From the IMG/VR virus record IMGVR_UViG_2703718852_000002, positions 1-20,477 of that record: a stretch of 20,477 nucleotides of DNA; one strand, written 5' to 3'. The DNA comes from a virus (lineage: Duplodnaviria; Heunggongvirae; Uroviricota; Caudoviricetes). Every line of letters starts with the position of its first letter. The stretch's first letter is position 1. Shown here in pieces: positions 1 through 9,252 of this stretch. The position numbers and the translations under genes were made by a program. Below the pieces are notes generated by a model. It was given only the letters and a program-made list of their open reading frames with translations, searched no databases and had not been told where the DNA came from.

Positions 1-1053
1 TTACGGGGTAATGCCAACCGCTGCCGCCACTTTGTCGCCACTTGGCAGCGTTGCCAGAGGATTGAAACGGAGCGCCGTTTCCAGATGATCCGGTGCCAGA
101 TGTGCGTAACGCATAGTCATTTTTATATCGTGGTGTCCGAGAATTTTTTGTAAGGCCAGAATGTTTCCACCCGACATCATGAAGTGCGCCGCAAACGTAT
201 GGCGCAGAACGTGTGTGAGTTGACCGCGAGGGAGCACGATAGACGTTTTTTCCATCACGGATAAAAATTGAAAATAGCAGTCTGTGAAGAAATTGAACCC
301 ATCAAGCGCCATGATCTCTTCGTAAAGCTCTTTACTGATAGGGATGCTTCTGTTTTTCTTCCCCTTCGTTCTTACAAAGGTAATTCGGTATTTGGTCACC
401 TGTGAACGAGTAAGATTTACGGCTTCTCGCCAGCGTGCGCCTGTGCTTAAGCATATCTTAACTACCAGTGCCAGAATTGGGTCCTGACGTTTGCAATCAG
501 CCAGTAATTCAACAATCTGCTCATGGGTAAGCCATGCCATCTCTTTTTCTGCGATGGTGAATTTTCGCATGTTCTCCAGTGGGTTCGGATACGACCATTC
601 GCCCAGGCGGGATAGTTCGCTAAAAACACTACTTAGATAGCTTTGCTCCAGGTTAATGGTGACCGGGCTTGCTCCTTTCTTCCATTTCTCGCTGAAGTAG
701 ATCTCACCTGTCAGGCGTTTATCTCGATAGTGGGCAAACATTTTAGAGGTTAGATCAGTTGCAAGGGGATTGCCCAGAGCGTCAACCATCAGCAGCAATT
801 TGTCATAGACATGCTGCCCAGCAGTCAGTGATTTACCATGTAGTTTGAACCATAGCTCAACCACGTCTTTCAGTGTTCGACGATCCACTGATTCACCTAG
901 CCAGGGCTTTGCTTCGGTTTCTTCCATCGTGTGACGCTCAAAAGCCAGTGCTTCGCCTTTGGTGGCGAATTGTTTACGCACACGACGCCCACTACGTCCG
1001 GCGGGGTAACATTCGCAAAGCCATTTTCCTGTGGTGAGTTTTCGTACAGCCAT
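1..1053 (-). CDS. int: Tyrosine integrase, P2/186 family
   Basis: Translation from MAVRKLTTGKW... is integrase-like, with a C-terminal catalytic region (LRHTFAAHF ... HHDIKMTMRYAHL). GGAGGG RBS lies 7 nt upstream of the ATG at 1051-1053. The ORF-track start at 1131 is judged an upstream in-frame extension. Stop codon is at 1-3. Confidence 0.9.
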   Translation of the reverse strand: MAVRKLTTGKWLCECYPAGRSGRRVRKQFATKGEALAFERHTMEETEAKPWLGESVDRRTLKDVVELWFKLHGKSLTAGQHVYDKLLLMVDALGNPLATDLTSKMFAHYRDKRLTGEIYFSEKWKKGASPVTINLEQSYLSSVFSELSRLGEWSYPNPLENMRKFTIAEKEMAWLTHEQIVELLADCKRQDPILALVVKICLSTGARWREAVNLTRSQVTKYRITFVRTKGKKNRSIPISKELYEEIMALDGFNFFTDCYFQFLSVMEKTSIVLPRGQLTHVLRHTFAAHFMMSGGNILALQKILGHHDIKMTMRYAHLAPDHLETALRFNPLATLPSGDKVAAAVGITP

Positions 1054-1241
1054 AAAAAATGCCCTCCAATAGAGAGCATTTTTACTGTATGTATAACCAG
1101 TGTCAATGTATGAAATCCTGCGACCATACATCTCACTGAAGCCATAATGAAGTAGGCTATTCTTTTTGCTATGTGATCATGTAACTTTTGCGGTTAACCT
1201 GTGGCTCATTTTTATTTTAGGCGCAGATATAAAAGCAAAAG

Positions 1242-1433
1242 TTATCGTGAGTTTTTAGTACAGATTTTTTTGGATTTACTAATAGTTCCATCATTGCAAA
1301 CGAATTTGCCATCAGAGGTACAGTGAGAAACACCTCCCTTTTTCCCTGAGCAGGGATAATTTCTAGCATAGGTAGCTAGTGGGTTTAATAACAAAGAACA
1401 TGACAAAACCACAAAAAATACCTTACCAAGCAT
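1242..1433 (-). CDS. Small exported cysteine-rich protein (63 aa) with predicted signal peptide; moron between cI and int
   Basis: ATG at 1431-1433 preceded by GGAGGA RBS. Hydrophobic N-terminus [23 protein letters not shown], then a 40-aa tail with 4 Cys. Region is AT-rich relative to int. Confidence 0.5.
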   Translation of the reverse strand: MLGKVFFVVLSCSLLLNPLATYARNYPCSGKKGGVSHCTSDGKFVCNDGTISKSKKICTKNSR

Positions 1434-1448
1434 AATTTCCTCCCGGTA

Positions 1449-2018
1449 CTATTTAACATACTTGACTGTTAAACTTATAATTTTACCAATTATTTCAATG
1501 TCTTCTATCTTACATTCAAAGGCTCTGTTTCCACCCTCGACGAAGATTCTTCCACCGGGTAAACGAGTAATGTCACGGATCGTTATTTCGCCATCAATAC
1601 TTATTACCCATTTACCATCACGTATATCATCAAATTCCTTATCACAAATAAATTCAGAATTATTATCTGTGATTACAAAAAGATTCTTGAATGCCGACGG
1701 TAGAAATTCTCTATCGAAAATATAAAAACCGTCTTCACACAAGGCCCCATCAGATAATACATATTTAGCAACTTCCATAGTATTTGTATTACCTGAAGTT
1801 TGCTTTGAACCATGCCCGGTTGTGAGCCAATTAAGCGAGGTGCCTGTTTCAAGGGCGCACTGGATTACCCATTCTGCTGGGAATGAGTCACGCATGTAGC
1901 GTGTGGCGAGTGTACTTTTAGAGATTCCTAAATGATCGCACAACGCCTGTCGAGTCTTGAATCCATAAGCTTCTACCATGCGCTCTATGGCGCCTCGTCC
2001 GCCTTTCTCCAAATTCAT
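1449..2018 (-). CDS. cI: CI-type immunity repressor, phage 186 CI-like (about 189 aa)
   Basis: Size and position match 186 CI (192 aa), transcribed divergently from apl/cII and upstream of int. GGAG RBS lies 5 nt before the ATG at 2016-2018; the GTG at 2022-2024 is an alternative start. Confidence 0.8.
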   Translation of the reverse strand: MNLEKGGRGAIERMVEAYGFKTRQALCDHLGISKSTLATRYMRDSFPAEWVIQCALETGTSLNWLTTGHGSKQTSGNTNTMEVAKYVLSDGALCEDGFYIFDREFLPSAFKNLFVITDNNSEFICDKEFDDIRDGKWVISIDGEITIRDITRLPGGRIFVEGGNRAFECKIEDIEIIGKIISLTVKYVK

Positions 2019-2042
2019 GGTCACTCCAAGTGAACTTTTATC

Positions 2043-2071
2043 TTGACGATTTCACCGTGCGATCGTATGTT
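2043..2071 (+). promoter_or_regulatory. Putative lytic promoter (pR-like): -35 TTGACG, 17-bp spacer, -10 TATGTT
   Basis: TTGACG at 2043-2048 and TATGTT at 2066-2071 with a 17-nt spacer, about 70 nt upstream of the apl ATG, inside the cI-apl divergent switch region. Confidence 0.4.
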
Positions 2072-2143
2072 TATGGTGTTCACAAAATACAAACGATCCG
2101 TATTCGTCCTGATTAATCATCATTAAACGAGGAATGTTGCATC

Positions 2144-2365
2144 ATGAGACCTAACATTTCAATCACTCTTACCACGCCTCATGTGACTATTGAACGCTAT
2201 AGCGAGCTGACAGGGCTATCCATCGATACCATCAATGACATGTTGGCTGATGGACGCCTTATCCGTCACCGTCTGCGCAAAGATAAAAAACGCGAAAAAG
2301 TGATGATCAACATAGCAGCAATGACCGTTGATGCGCTTTCAGAATGCAATCTAAACCTTAATTAG
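2144..2365 (+). CDS. Apl/Cox-like excisionase and switch regulator (73 aa)
   Basis: First gene of the rightward operon opposite cI, the position of 186 apl / P2 cox. Small basic protein ([15 protein letters not shown]). GAGGA RBS upstream of ATG at 2144. Confidence 0.6.
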   Translation: MRPNISITLTTPHVTIERYSELTGLSIDTINDMLADGRLIRHRLRKDKKREKVMINIAAMTVDALSECNLNLN

Positions 2366-2397
2366 TTCGATTCTGAAATACATCAGAGGCATTGACC

Positions 2398-2907
2398 ATG
2401 TTTGATTACCAAGTTTCCAAACATCCACATTTTGATGAAGCCTGTCGTGCATTTGCACTGCGCCACAATCTGGTGCAACTGGCAGAACGTGCAGGCATGA
2501 ATGTGCAGATTCTGCGGAACAAGCTGAACCCAGCTCAGCCTCATTTATTAACCGCACCAGAAATCTGGCTGCTTACCGATCTGACTGAAGATTCAACGCT
2601 GGTAGATGGTTTTCTGGCACAGATTCATTGTCTGCCATGTGTACCGATTAATGAGGTGGCAAAAGAGAAACTGCCACATTACGTCATGAGTGCAACCGCA
2701 GAGATCGGGCGTGTTGCTGCAGGTGCGGTGTCTGGCGATGTAAAAACCTGTGCCGGTCGTCGTGATGCTATCAGCAGCATTAACTCTGTAACACGACTGA
2801 TGGCGCTGGCGGCTGTTTCATTGCAGGCCCGTTTACAGGCTAATCCTGCGATGGCGAGTGCAGTTGATACCGTGACTGGCCTCGGTGCTTCATTTGGTTT
2901 GCTGTGA
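2398..2907 (+). CDS. cII: CII-like lysogeny-establishment activator (169 aa from the ATG)
   Basis: Position directly after apl and length of 169 aa match phage 186 CII. ATG at 2398 is preceded by a GAGG RBS; the ORF-track start at 2392 is TTG. Confidence 0.7.
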   Translation: MFDYQVSKHPHFDEACRAFALRHNLVQLAERAGMNVQILRNKLNPAQPHLLTAPEIWLLTDLTEDSTLVDGFLAQIHCLPCVPINEVAKEKLPHYVMSATAEIGRVAAGAVSGDVKTCAGRRDAISSINSVTRLMALAAVSLQARLQANPAMASAVDTVTGLGASFGLL

Positions 2908-2914
2908 GGTGCTT

Positions 2915-3115
2915 ATGCTGACGAAAGAACCATCATTTGCATCGCTGCTGGTTAAACAAAGCCCGGCAATGCATTACGGTCACGGCTGGATCATGGGGGA
3001 GGATGGTAAACGCTGGCATCCGTGCCGTTCACAAGATGAATTGCTGGCAGAACTATCTACGAAAAAACGGGGGAACAAATGGCTATTGAAGGCACTGCGG
3101 CGACTGTTCCATTAA
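2915..3115 (+). CDS. Small protein at the 186 fil position (possible Fil-like cell-division inhibitor)
   Basis: ATG at 2915 preceded by TGAGGTG RBS that overlaps the cII stop. Position matches 186 fil. Sequence-level assignment is from memory and uncertain. Confidence 0.4.
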   Translation: MLTKEPSFASLLVKQSPAMHYGHGWIMGEDGKRWHPCRSQDELLAELSTKKRGNKWLLKALRRLFH

Positions 3116-3420
3116 GCCCCGGTGAACGCCTGAATGGACTTAATCACATTGCGGAGTTAAGGGCGAAAGTTTTTGGCCTGAATATTGAGTCAGAGCTTGA
3201 GCGGTTTATTAAAGATATGCGTGATTCACGGGATATTAATAGCGAACAAAATAAACGGGCACTGGCTGCCATATTCTTTATGGCAAAAATTCCAGCTGAA
3301 CGTCATAGCATCAGCATTAATGAGCTGACCACTGACGAAAAGCGGGAGTTGATTAAAGCAATGAATCATTTTCGTGCAGTGGTGAGCTTATTTCCCAGAC
3401 GGCTAACCATGCCGAATTAA
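3079..3420 (+). CDS. Hypothetical early-operon protein (113 aa)
   Basis: ATG at 3079 with G-rich RBS. Lies in the early rightward operon between cII and gene A. Function not recognisable from sequence. Confidence 0.5.
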   Translation: MAIEGTAATVPLSPGERLNGLNHIAELRAKVFGLNIESELERFIKDMRDSRDINSEQNKRALAAIFFMAKIPAERHSISINELTTDEKRELIKAMNHFRAVVSLFPRRLTMPN

Positions 3421-3487
3421 CCAACTAATGAAATTAATGGCGTAAACCCGCCGGGCATCCCTTTATCTAAATTCAGGAGAATTGATT

Positions 3488-3721
3488 ATGCGTAATATTG
3501 AAACCCTCTCGACCAAAACCGGACCGGATGACGCAGGGCTTAATATTTTACTGACAGAGGCTCGTCTGGAAGAACGCCGGGCAAGGGCTGAAGCAATGGC
3601 AGCTCGCCTTGATAGCCTGGCGTGTCATATCACATCCCGCCAGCTAACCCACGTCGAAGCGGCAGAACTGCTTCGTGTGACTGCTGAAGCAATCCAGAAC
3701 GAAGCGCAGGAGATCCACTAA
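3488..3721 (+). CDS. Hypothetical early-operon protein (77 aa)
   Basis: ATG at 3488 preceded by AGGAGA RBS. Its TAA stop overlaps the start of the next gene (TAATG at 3719-3723). Confidence 0.5.
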   Translation: MRNIETLSTKTGPDDAGLNILLTEARLEERRARAEAMAARLDSLACHITSRQLTHVEAAELLRVTAEAIQNEAQEIH

Positions 3722-3948
3722 TGGCTGATGCAATGGATCTCGTACAGCAGCGCGTTGAAGAAGAACGCCAACGCCATATCCGTGCTGCCCGTGCCAAAAC
3801 GCCGGGCGTGTCCCGCGTGCTTTGCATTGAGTGTGAAGCGCCAATTCCGCCAGCACGCCGCCGTGCCATTCCGGGTGTGCAGCTTTGCATTACCTGTCAG
3901 GAAATCGCAGAGCTGAAAGGCAAACATTACAACGGAGGTGCTGTATGA
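3721..3948 (+). CDS. TraR/DksA-family C4 zinc-finger protein (75 aa)
   Basis: Two CxxC pairs (CIEC ... CITC) spaced as in TraR/DksA-type zinc fingers. Translationally coupled to the upstream gene and to dam (ATGA overlap at 3945-3948). Confidence 0.7.
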   Translation: MADAMDLVQQRVEEERQRHIRAARAKTPGVSRVLCIECEAPIPPARRRAIPGVQLCITCQEIAELKGKHYNGGAV

Positions 3949-4802
3949 GCACCATCCTGAAATGGGCGGGAAATAAAACTGCCATAATGTCCGAACTGAA
4001 AAAACATCTTCCTGCTGGCCCGCGACTGGTTGAACCTTTCGCGGGTTCCTGTGCTGTGATGATGGAGACGGATTATCCCAGCTATCTGGTTGCGGATATT
4101 AATCCTGATTTAATCAACCTCTATAAAAAGGTTGCCGCTGATTGTGAATCGTTTATATCTCGCGCCAGAGTTTTATTTGAGATCGCAAACAGGGAAGTGG
4201 CTTATTACAACATAAGGCAGGAGTTTAATTACTCAACTGAAATTACTGATTTCATGAAAGCGGTATATTTCCTGTATCTCAATCGTCACGGTTACCGTGG
4301 TTTATGTCGCTATAACAAGAGCGGGCATTTCAACATTCCCTACGGTAATTATAAAAATCCGTATTTCCCTGAAAAAGAAATTCGCGCATTTGCAGAAAAG
4401 GCCCAGCGAGCAACGTTTATCTGCGCCAGCTTTGATGAAACGCTGGCGATGTTGAAGGCGGGGGATGTGGTGTATTGCGATCCGCCGTATGACGGTACGT
4501 TTTCCGGCTATCACACTGACGGCTTCACTGAAGATGACCAGTATCACCTGGCATCTGTTCTTGAACATCGGTCATCAGAAGGACATCCGGTCATTGTTTC
4601 TAACAGTGACACATCCCTGATCCGTTCGCTGTATCGCAATTTTACTCACCACTACATCAAGGCAAAACGCAGCATCGGTGTGGCAGCTGGCGAGGGTAAA
4701 TCAGCAACAGAAATCATTGCTGTTTCCGGGCCGCGCTGCTGGGTGGGATTTGATTATTCGCGTGGCGTGGATAGTTCTGCCGTGTACGGAGTACGTGCAT
4801 GA
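3945..4802 (+). CDS. DNA adenine (N6) methyltransferase, Dam family, orphan
   Basis: N-terminus [12 protein letters not shown], AdoMet motif PFAGSCAV and catalytic DPPY (YCDPPYDG). GGAGG RBS upstream of ATG at 3945. No adjacent restriction endonuclease gene. Confidence 0.85.
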   Translation: MSTILKWAGNKTAIMSELKKHLPAGPRLVEPFAGSCAVMMETDYPSYLVADINPDLINLYKKVAADCESFISRARVLFEIANREVAYYNIRQEFNYSTEITDFMKAVYFLYLNRHGYRGLCRYNKSGHFNIPYGNYKNPYFPEKEIRAFAEKAQRATFICASFDETLAMLKAGDVVYCDPPYDGTFSGYHTDGFTEDDQYHLASVLEHRSSEGHPVIVSNSDTSLIRSLYRNFTHHYIKAKRSIGVAAGEGKSATEIIAVSGPRCWVGFDYSRGVDSSAVYGVRA

Positions 4803-7213
4803 GTCATGCCGATATGAACAACTGCTGCGGCTTTAACGAAGCTGCCGCATCGTTCTCATGGAACAGCTCGAAAAAGGCCATTAACCCTTATCTGGACCCG
4901 GTGGAAGTTGCGCCGGTTTCTACGCTTTCAAACCTGATCACTCTGTACGCTGCCGATAACGAGCAGGAACAGCTGCGCCGTGAGGCGCTGAGTGATCAGG
5001 TCTGGGAGCGTTATTTCTTTAATGAATCCCGTGATCCTGTCCAGCGCGAAATGGAACAGGATAAGCTCATTAGTCGGGCAAAGCTGGCGCATGAGCAGCA
5101 GCGTTTTAATCCGGATATGGTCATTCTGGCGGACGTCAACGCCCAGCCTTCCCATATCAGCAAGCCGCTGATGCAACGTATTGAATACTTCAGCAGCCTG
5201 GGCAGGCCAAAGGCTTATTCCCGCTATTTACGTGAGACGATTAAGCCATGTCTGGAACGACTGGAGCATGTACGCGACAGTCAGCTATCTGCATCTTTTC
5301 GCTTTATGGCAAGCCATGAAGGGCTGGACGGCCTGCTGATCCTGCCTGAAATGAGTCAGTTTCAGGTGAAACGCCTGTCCACCCTGGTAGCTGCGCATAT
5401 GAGTATGTGCCTTGATGCCGCTTGTGGCGATTTGTATGCCACCGATGACGTTAAGCCAGAAGAAATCCGCAATACATGGGAAAGGGTGGCAGCGGAAACC
5501 CTGCGTCTGGATGTCATCCCGCCTGCGTTTGAGCAACTCCGTCGGAAAAGAAACCGCCGTAAACCCGTGCCCTATGAACTCATTCCGGGTTCGCTGGCGC
5601 GTATGTTGTGCGCCGACTGGTGGTATCGGAAATTATGGAAGATGCGTTGCGAATGGCGGGAAGAGCAGTTGCGTGCTGTCTGCCTTGTCAGCAAAAAAGC
5701 ATCTCCCTATGTCAGCTATGAAGCCGTGTTGCATAAACGTGAGCAGCGCCGTAAGTCGCTGGAGTTTTTCCGTTCTCATGAACTGGTGAACGAAGACGGC
5801 GACACGCTGGACATGGAGGATGTGGTAAACGCCAGCAGCAGCAACCCTGCGCATCGCCGCAATGAGATGATGGCCTGTGTTAAAGGTCTGGAGCTTATCG
5901 CGGAAATGCGCGGTGACTGCGCCGTTTTCTACACCATCACCTGTCCGTCACGTTTCCATTCCACGCTAAATAACGGCAGGCCCAACCCGACCTGGACAAA
6001 TGCGACGGTAAGACAAAGCAGCGATTATCTGGTCGGTATGTTTGCTGCATTTCGTAAGGCGATGCACAAAGCCGGGTTGCGCTGGTATGGCGTGCGGGTG
6101 GCTGAGCCGCATCACGACGGCACAGTTCACTGGCACCTGTTGTGTTTCATGCGCAAAAAAGACCGCCGCGCCATTACAGCATTGTTGCGTAAGTTTGCTA
6201 TCCGTGAAGACCGCGAGGAGCTGGGCAATAACACGGGGCCGCGCTTTAAGTCTGAGCTGATTAACCCGCGCAAAGGAACGCCGACAAGCTACATAGCGAA
6301 ATACATCAGTAAGAACATTGACGGGCGTGGTCTGGCTGGCGAGATCAGCAAGGAAACGGGTAAATCTCTGCGTGATAACGCTGAATACGTGAATGCCTGG
6401 GCGTCTTTGCATCGTGTTCAGCAATTCCGCTTCTTTGGCATTCCGGGGCGTCAGGCTTACCGTGAACTGCGATTGCTGGCTGGTCAGGCGGCAAGGCAAA
6501 AGGGGGACAAAAAAGCAGGTGCGCCGGTACTGGATAACCCGCGCCTTGATGCCATCCTGGCTGCTGCTGATGCTGGTTGTTTTGCCACCTACATCATGAA
6601 GCAGGGCGGCGTACTGGTTCCCCGTAAATATCACCTCATCAGAACCGCTTATGAAATCAACGAAGAGCCGACCGCCTATGGCGATCACGGCATTCGTATT
6701 TATGGCATCTGGTCACCCATTGCAGAGGGCAAGATCTGCACTCATGCAGTGAAGTGGAAAATGGTTCGTAAAGCCGTTGACGTTCAGGAGGCGGCAGCCG
6801 ACCAGGGCGCTTGCGCCCCTTGGACTCGTGGCAATAACTGTCCCCTTGCTGAAAATTTGAACCAACAGGAGAAAGATAAATCAGCTGATGGGGACCCCAG
6901 AACGGACATTACCAGCATGGATGACAAGGAGTTGCACGATTACCTGCACAGTATGAGCAAAAAAGAGCGCCGGGAACTGGCAGCAAGGTTACGCCTGGTG
7001 AAACCGAAACGGCGTAAAGACTACAAACAGCGAATTACAGACCATCAGCGACTGCAGCTCGTGTATGAGCTGAAGTCCAGAGGATTTGATGGCAGCGAGA
7101 AAGAGGTCGATTTACTCCTTCGCGGAGGCAGTATTCCGTCAGGAGCAGGCCTGCGTATCTTCTATCGGAACCAGCGTTTGCAGGAAGATGATCAGTGGCG
7201 GAACCTGTATTAA
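4799..7213 (+). CDS. Replication initiation protein, P2 gpA-like rolling-circle endonuclease (804 aa)
   Basis: HUH-type motif ([15 protein letters not shown]) and paired-tyrosine motif (YIAKYISK) typical of RCR initiators. Size and position match P2/186 gene A. ATG overlaps the dam stop (ATGA at 4799-4802). Confidence 0.9.
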   Translation: MSHADMNNCCGFNEAAASFSWNSSKKAINPYLDPVEVAPVSTLSNLITLYAADNEQEQLRREALSDQVWERYFFNESRDPVQREMEQDKLISRAKLAHEQQRFNPDMVILADVNAQPSHISKPLMQRIEYFSSLGRPKAYSRYLRETIKPCLERLEHVRDSQLSASFRFMASHEGLDGLLILPEMSQFQVKRLSTLVAAHMSMCLDAACGDLYATDDVKPEEIRNTWERVAAETLRLDVIPPAFEQLRRKRNRRKPVPYELIPGSLARMLCADWWYRKLWKMRCEWREEQLRAVCLVSKKASPYVSYEAVLHKREQRRKSLEFFRSHELVNEDGDTLDMEDVVNASSSNPAHRRNEMMACVKGLELIAEMRGDCAVFYTITCPSRFHSTLNNGRPNPTWTNATVRQSSDYLVGMFAAFRKAMHKAGLRWYGVRVAEPHHDGTVHWHLLCFMRKKDRRAITALLRKFAIREDREELGNNTGPRFKSELINPRKGTPTSYIAKYISKNIDGRGLAGEISKETGKSLRDNAEYVNAWASLHRVQQFRFFGIPGRQAYRELRLLAGQAARQKGDKKAGAPVLDNPRLDAILAAADAGCFATYIMKQGGVLVPRKYHLIRTAYEINEEPTAYGDHGIRIYGIWSPIAEGKICTHAVKWKMVRKAVDVQEAAADQGACAPWTRGNNCPLAENLNQQEKDKSADGDPRTDITSMDDKELHDYLHSMSKKERRELAARLRLVKPKRRKDYKQRITDHQRLQLVYELKSRGFDGSEKEVDLLLRGGSIPSGAGLRIFYRNQRLQEDDQWRNLY

Positions 7214-7307
7214 TTACGCGGGTTAACAATTCGTGCTCTTAATAATACCAGGCATATCAGGCTGATGAACGTAAAAAAACGTTTTACATCAGTAAGATTA
7301 TTATATA

Positions 7308-7323
7308 CTGTAAATATAAACAG
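7308..7323. promoter_or_regulatory. LexA box (SOS operator) CTGTAAATATAAACAG upstream of the tum/DinI-like operon
   Basis: Exact CTGT-N8-ACAG palindrome with an AT-rich centre and TA/TG flanks (tactgtaaatataaacagtg). Overlaps candidate -10 TATACT at 7304-7309; candidate -35 TTTACA at 7283-7288. Confidence 0.7.
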
Positions 7324-7366
7324 TGGTTATACATACAGTATTGCGTGTGGTGTCATAGGAGGAAAG

Positions 7367-7555
7367 ATGCAGGACTATTTTTTGGAGTCTTTGAAGCTCC
7401 AGCGCATTGATTTTTTTCTTAAGCTTGTAGCGGCTAGTGAGTGTAGTGATGAAGAGAAGGGGCTGGCTCTGCAGTGGGTTTCTGAATTGACTGATGAACT
7501 CATGGCAAAAATCAGAACCCACGAATACAACCGCTCAATGGATGTCATCAGCTGA
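7367..7555 (+). CDS. Hypothetical 62-aa protein, first gene of the SOS-controlled operon (possible antirepressor N-terminal module)
   Basis: ATG at 7367 with a strong AGGAGG RBS, about 45 nt downstream of the LexA box. The ORF-track start at 7265 would include the operator and is rejected. Confidence 0.5.
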   Translation: MQDYFLESLKLQRIDFFLKLVAASECSDEEKGLALQWVSELTDELMAKIRTHEYNRSMDVIS

Positions 7556-7565
7556 GGTGACTTTT

Positions 7566-7799
7566 ATGCGCATTGAAATAATGATCGATAAAGAGCAGAA
7601 GATTAGCCAGTCTACCCTGGACGCCCTTGAATCCGAGCTTTACCGCAATCTGCGCCCCCTGTATCCCAAAACGGTAATTCGCATTCGCAAAGGTAGCTCT
7701 AACGGTGTGGAACTAACCGGACTGCAACTGGACGAAGAAAGAAAACAAGTGATGAAAATTATGCAGAAGGTGTGGGAAGACGACAGCTGGCTGCATTAA
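7566..7799 (+). CDS. DinI-family protein (77 aa), as in the C-terminal part of 186 Tum
   Basis: MRIEIMIDKEQ... aligns by eye with E. coli DinI (MRIEVTIAK...; conserved W-E/D-D..W near the C-terminus). AGGTGA RBS upstream. Sits under the LexA-box promoter. Confidence 0.8.
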   Translation: MRIEIMIDKEQKISQSTLDALESELYRNLRPLYPKTVIRIRKGSSNGVELTGLQLDEERKQVMKIMQKVWEDDSWLH

Positions 7800-7933
7800 G
7801 AAACGTTGCTGGCGTCTGAACTTGCTTCTGGCGTCAGCAAGGTTGAACAACGAGCCCTTGCGAGGCGTTAGCTCTGTAGTGCATGTCTATGCCGCATGAG
7901 ATCGCATGATCGTTTGAGGATCGTTTTTGCTAA

Positions 7934-7958
7934 GGCCCGCCAGAACTGGCGGGCTTTT
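7934..7958 (+). terminator. Rho-independent terminator closing the early/SOS region
   Basis: GC-rich stem ggcccgccag / ctggcgggc with a short loop, followed by TTTT at 7955-7958. Confidence 0.6.
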
Positions 7959-8196
7959 GCGTAGATCATGCAGGTGCATGAAAACCACTACATAAAGCGG
8001 GCAGGCGTGGCGGGGATACGAGCGCGCGCTGATAGGGTAATCGTCAAAACAGGCATCAGCTAGGTTGAGTTGTAGCGGTGCTTAAGTTTGCTCGTTGTTT
8101 GATAGAGCTTAATGTATGTAATTGCCTACAGCTGTGGTTATCTATTAACATGTAAGGATAAGGTCACTTGCTCGCTGCCATTAGAAGAGGAACTGG

Positions 8197-8667
8197 ATGT
8201 CTATCGAGGAAAAATTTTTTAGTGATATCGATTTAAAAGATCCGTTTTTTAACAGCCTAAGAGCTGATTATGAAGGATTTGATGTTTGGTTTCTCTCAAA
8301 AGGTAAAAATAAGGCGTTTGTATCACGTAATGAATTAGGTGAAATCGATGGTTTTCTCTATTTGAAAATAGAAGATGAAGAGTTGAGTGATATGACTCCA
8401 ACGTTTCCAAAGATGAAGCGAGTAAAGCTTGGCACATTTAAAATCGATGCTCATGGAACCAAACTTGGAGAGCGTTTTATTAGAATTATGTTTCAATTTG
8501 CTATGAGAAACAAACTAAAAGAAGTATATGTTACTATATTTGATAAGCATTCAGGATTAATTCGCTTATTAACTAAATATGGTTTTGTTTTAAAGGCGAG
8601 GAAAAATCTTTCTACGATTAATGGGCAAGAAGGTGTATACTTTAAAAACTTGGTATGGAAGGAGTAA
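8197..8667 (+). CDS. Cargo protein 1 (156 aa), unknown function; weak GNAT-like resemblance in the C-terminal half
   Basis: ATG at 8197 with AGAAGAGG RBS. AT-rich codon usage. Segment KLGERFIRIMFQFAMRNKLKEVYVTIFDKHSGLIRLLTKYGFVL is reminiscent of an acetyltransferase core but does not fit the canonical motif cleanly. Confidence 0.6.
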   Translation: MSIEEKFFSDIDLKDPFFNSLRADYEGFDVWFLSKGKNKAFVSRNELGEIDGFLYLKIEDEELSDMTPTFPKMKRVKLGTFKIDAHGTKLGERFIRIMFQFAMRNKLKEVYVTIFDKHSGLIRLLTKYGFVLKARKNLSTINGQEGVYFKNLVWKE

Positions 8668-8670
8668 AAA

Positions 8671-9252
8671 ATGAGCTATGCTAATTATCCCTTAGTCAAA
8701 TTGCAGGGGAGAAATTATTTATTAAGTATTTATCCTGCATGGCATACACGTCTTTTCCCTGAGTCAAAACTCCACAATGAGAGTGCTGGTATCATCGCTG
8801 ATATATCACATACCAACAGTATTGAAAAAGTATACTTAACAAAAATGCATGGGGTAGCCAGCCTAAAGCCTGGAGATAATTTGCTTATTTATCGTACTTC
8901 AGATGGACAAGGTCCAGCTCGGTTTAGATCTGTTGCAACTTCAGTGTGTGTGGTTCAGGAAATTAAAGATATTCACGATTTCTTAACTTATGAGGAATTT
9001 AAGAATTACTGTGAACCTTATAGCGTTTTTGATGAAGATGAGTTACAGCTTCTATATATGAAAAAAAATTATCCGATAATTATACGGTTTACTTATAATT
9101 TCCCTTTGGAAAAAAGAGTTATTCGTGATGAAATCATGAATATTACAGGTTATACCAATAGTGATTATTGGGGTTTTTTACCACTAACTGATTCAGCATT
9201 TAAGCAGATTGTCTTACAGGGAGGTGTTGATGAAAGTTTTATTATCGATTAA
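8671..9252 (+). CDS. Cargo protein 2 (193 aa), unknown function
   Basis: ATG at 8671, 3 nt after the stop of cargo 1, with GGAAGGAG RBS. Overlaps the start of cargo 3. No recognisable motif. Confidence 0.6.
   Translation: MSYANYPLVKLQGRNYLLSIYPAWHTRLFPESKLHNESAGIIADISHTNSIEKVYLTKMHGVASLKPGDNLLIYRTSDGQGPARFRSVATSVCVVQEIKDIHDFLTYEEFKNYCEPYSVFDEDELQLLYMKKNYPIIIRFTYNFPLEKRVIRDEIMNITGYTNSDYWGFLPLTDSAFKQIVLQGGVDESFIID

Noticed and set aside
1-1131. Longer integrase ORF starting at the upstream Met (376 aa)
   Set aside because: Integrase-like sequence begins at MAVRKL, with a GGAGGG RBS upstream of the ATG at 1051-1053. The extra 26 residues resemble read-through of the leader.
3630-3948. Several minus-strand and alternate-frame ORFs (3630..3890, 3644..3856, 3718..3927, 3728..3916)
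   Set aside because: They overlap the coupled early genes, lack RBSs, and look like frame shadows of GC-rich coding sequence.
4928-7229. Antisense ORFs inside gene A (for example 5966..6688, 240 aa)
   Set aside because: Fully contained within the well-supported gene A frame, with no independent coding signal.
7265-7555. 96-aa ORF starting at 7265
   Set aside because: Its 5' part covers the LexA box and promoter elements. The internal ATG at 7367 has a canonical AGGAGG RBS.
7806-7840. Imperfect hairpin just after the DinI-like stop as a terminator
   Set aside because: The 11-bp stem needs two G-U pairs and has a 13-nt loop with no T-run after it. The clean terminator is at 7934-7958.
7855-7875. 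Possible cos remnant (gcgaggcg, resembling part of the P2 cohesive end as I recall it)
   Set aside because: Only a short partial match, recalled from memory, and on the wrong side of the cargo island for P2 organisation.
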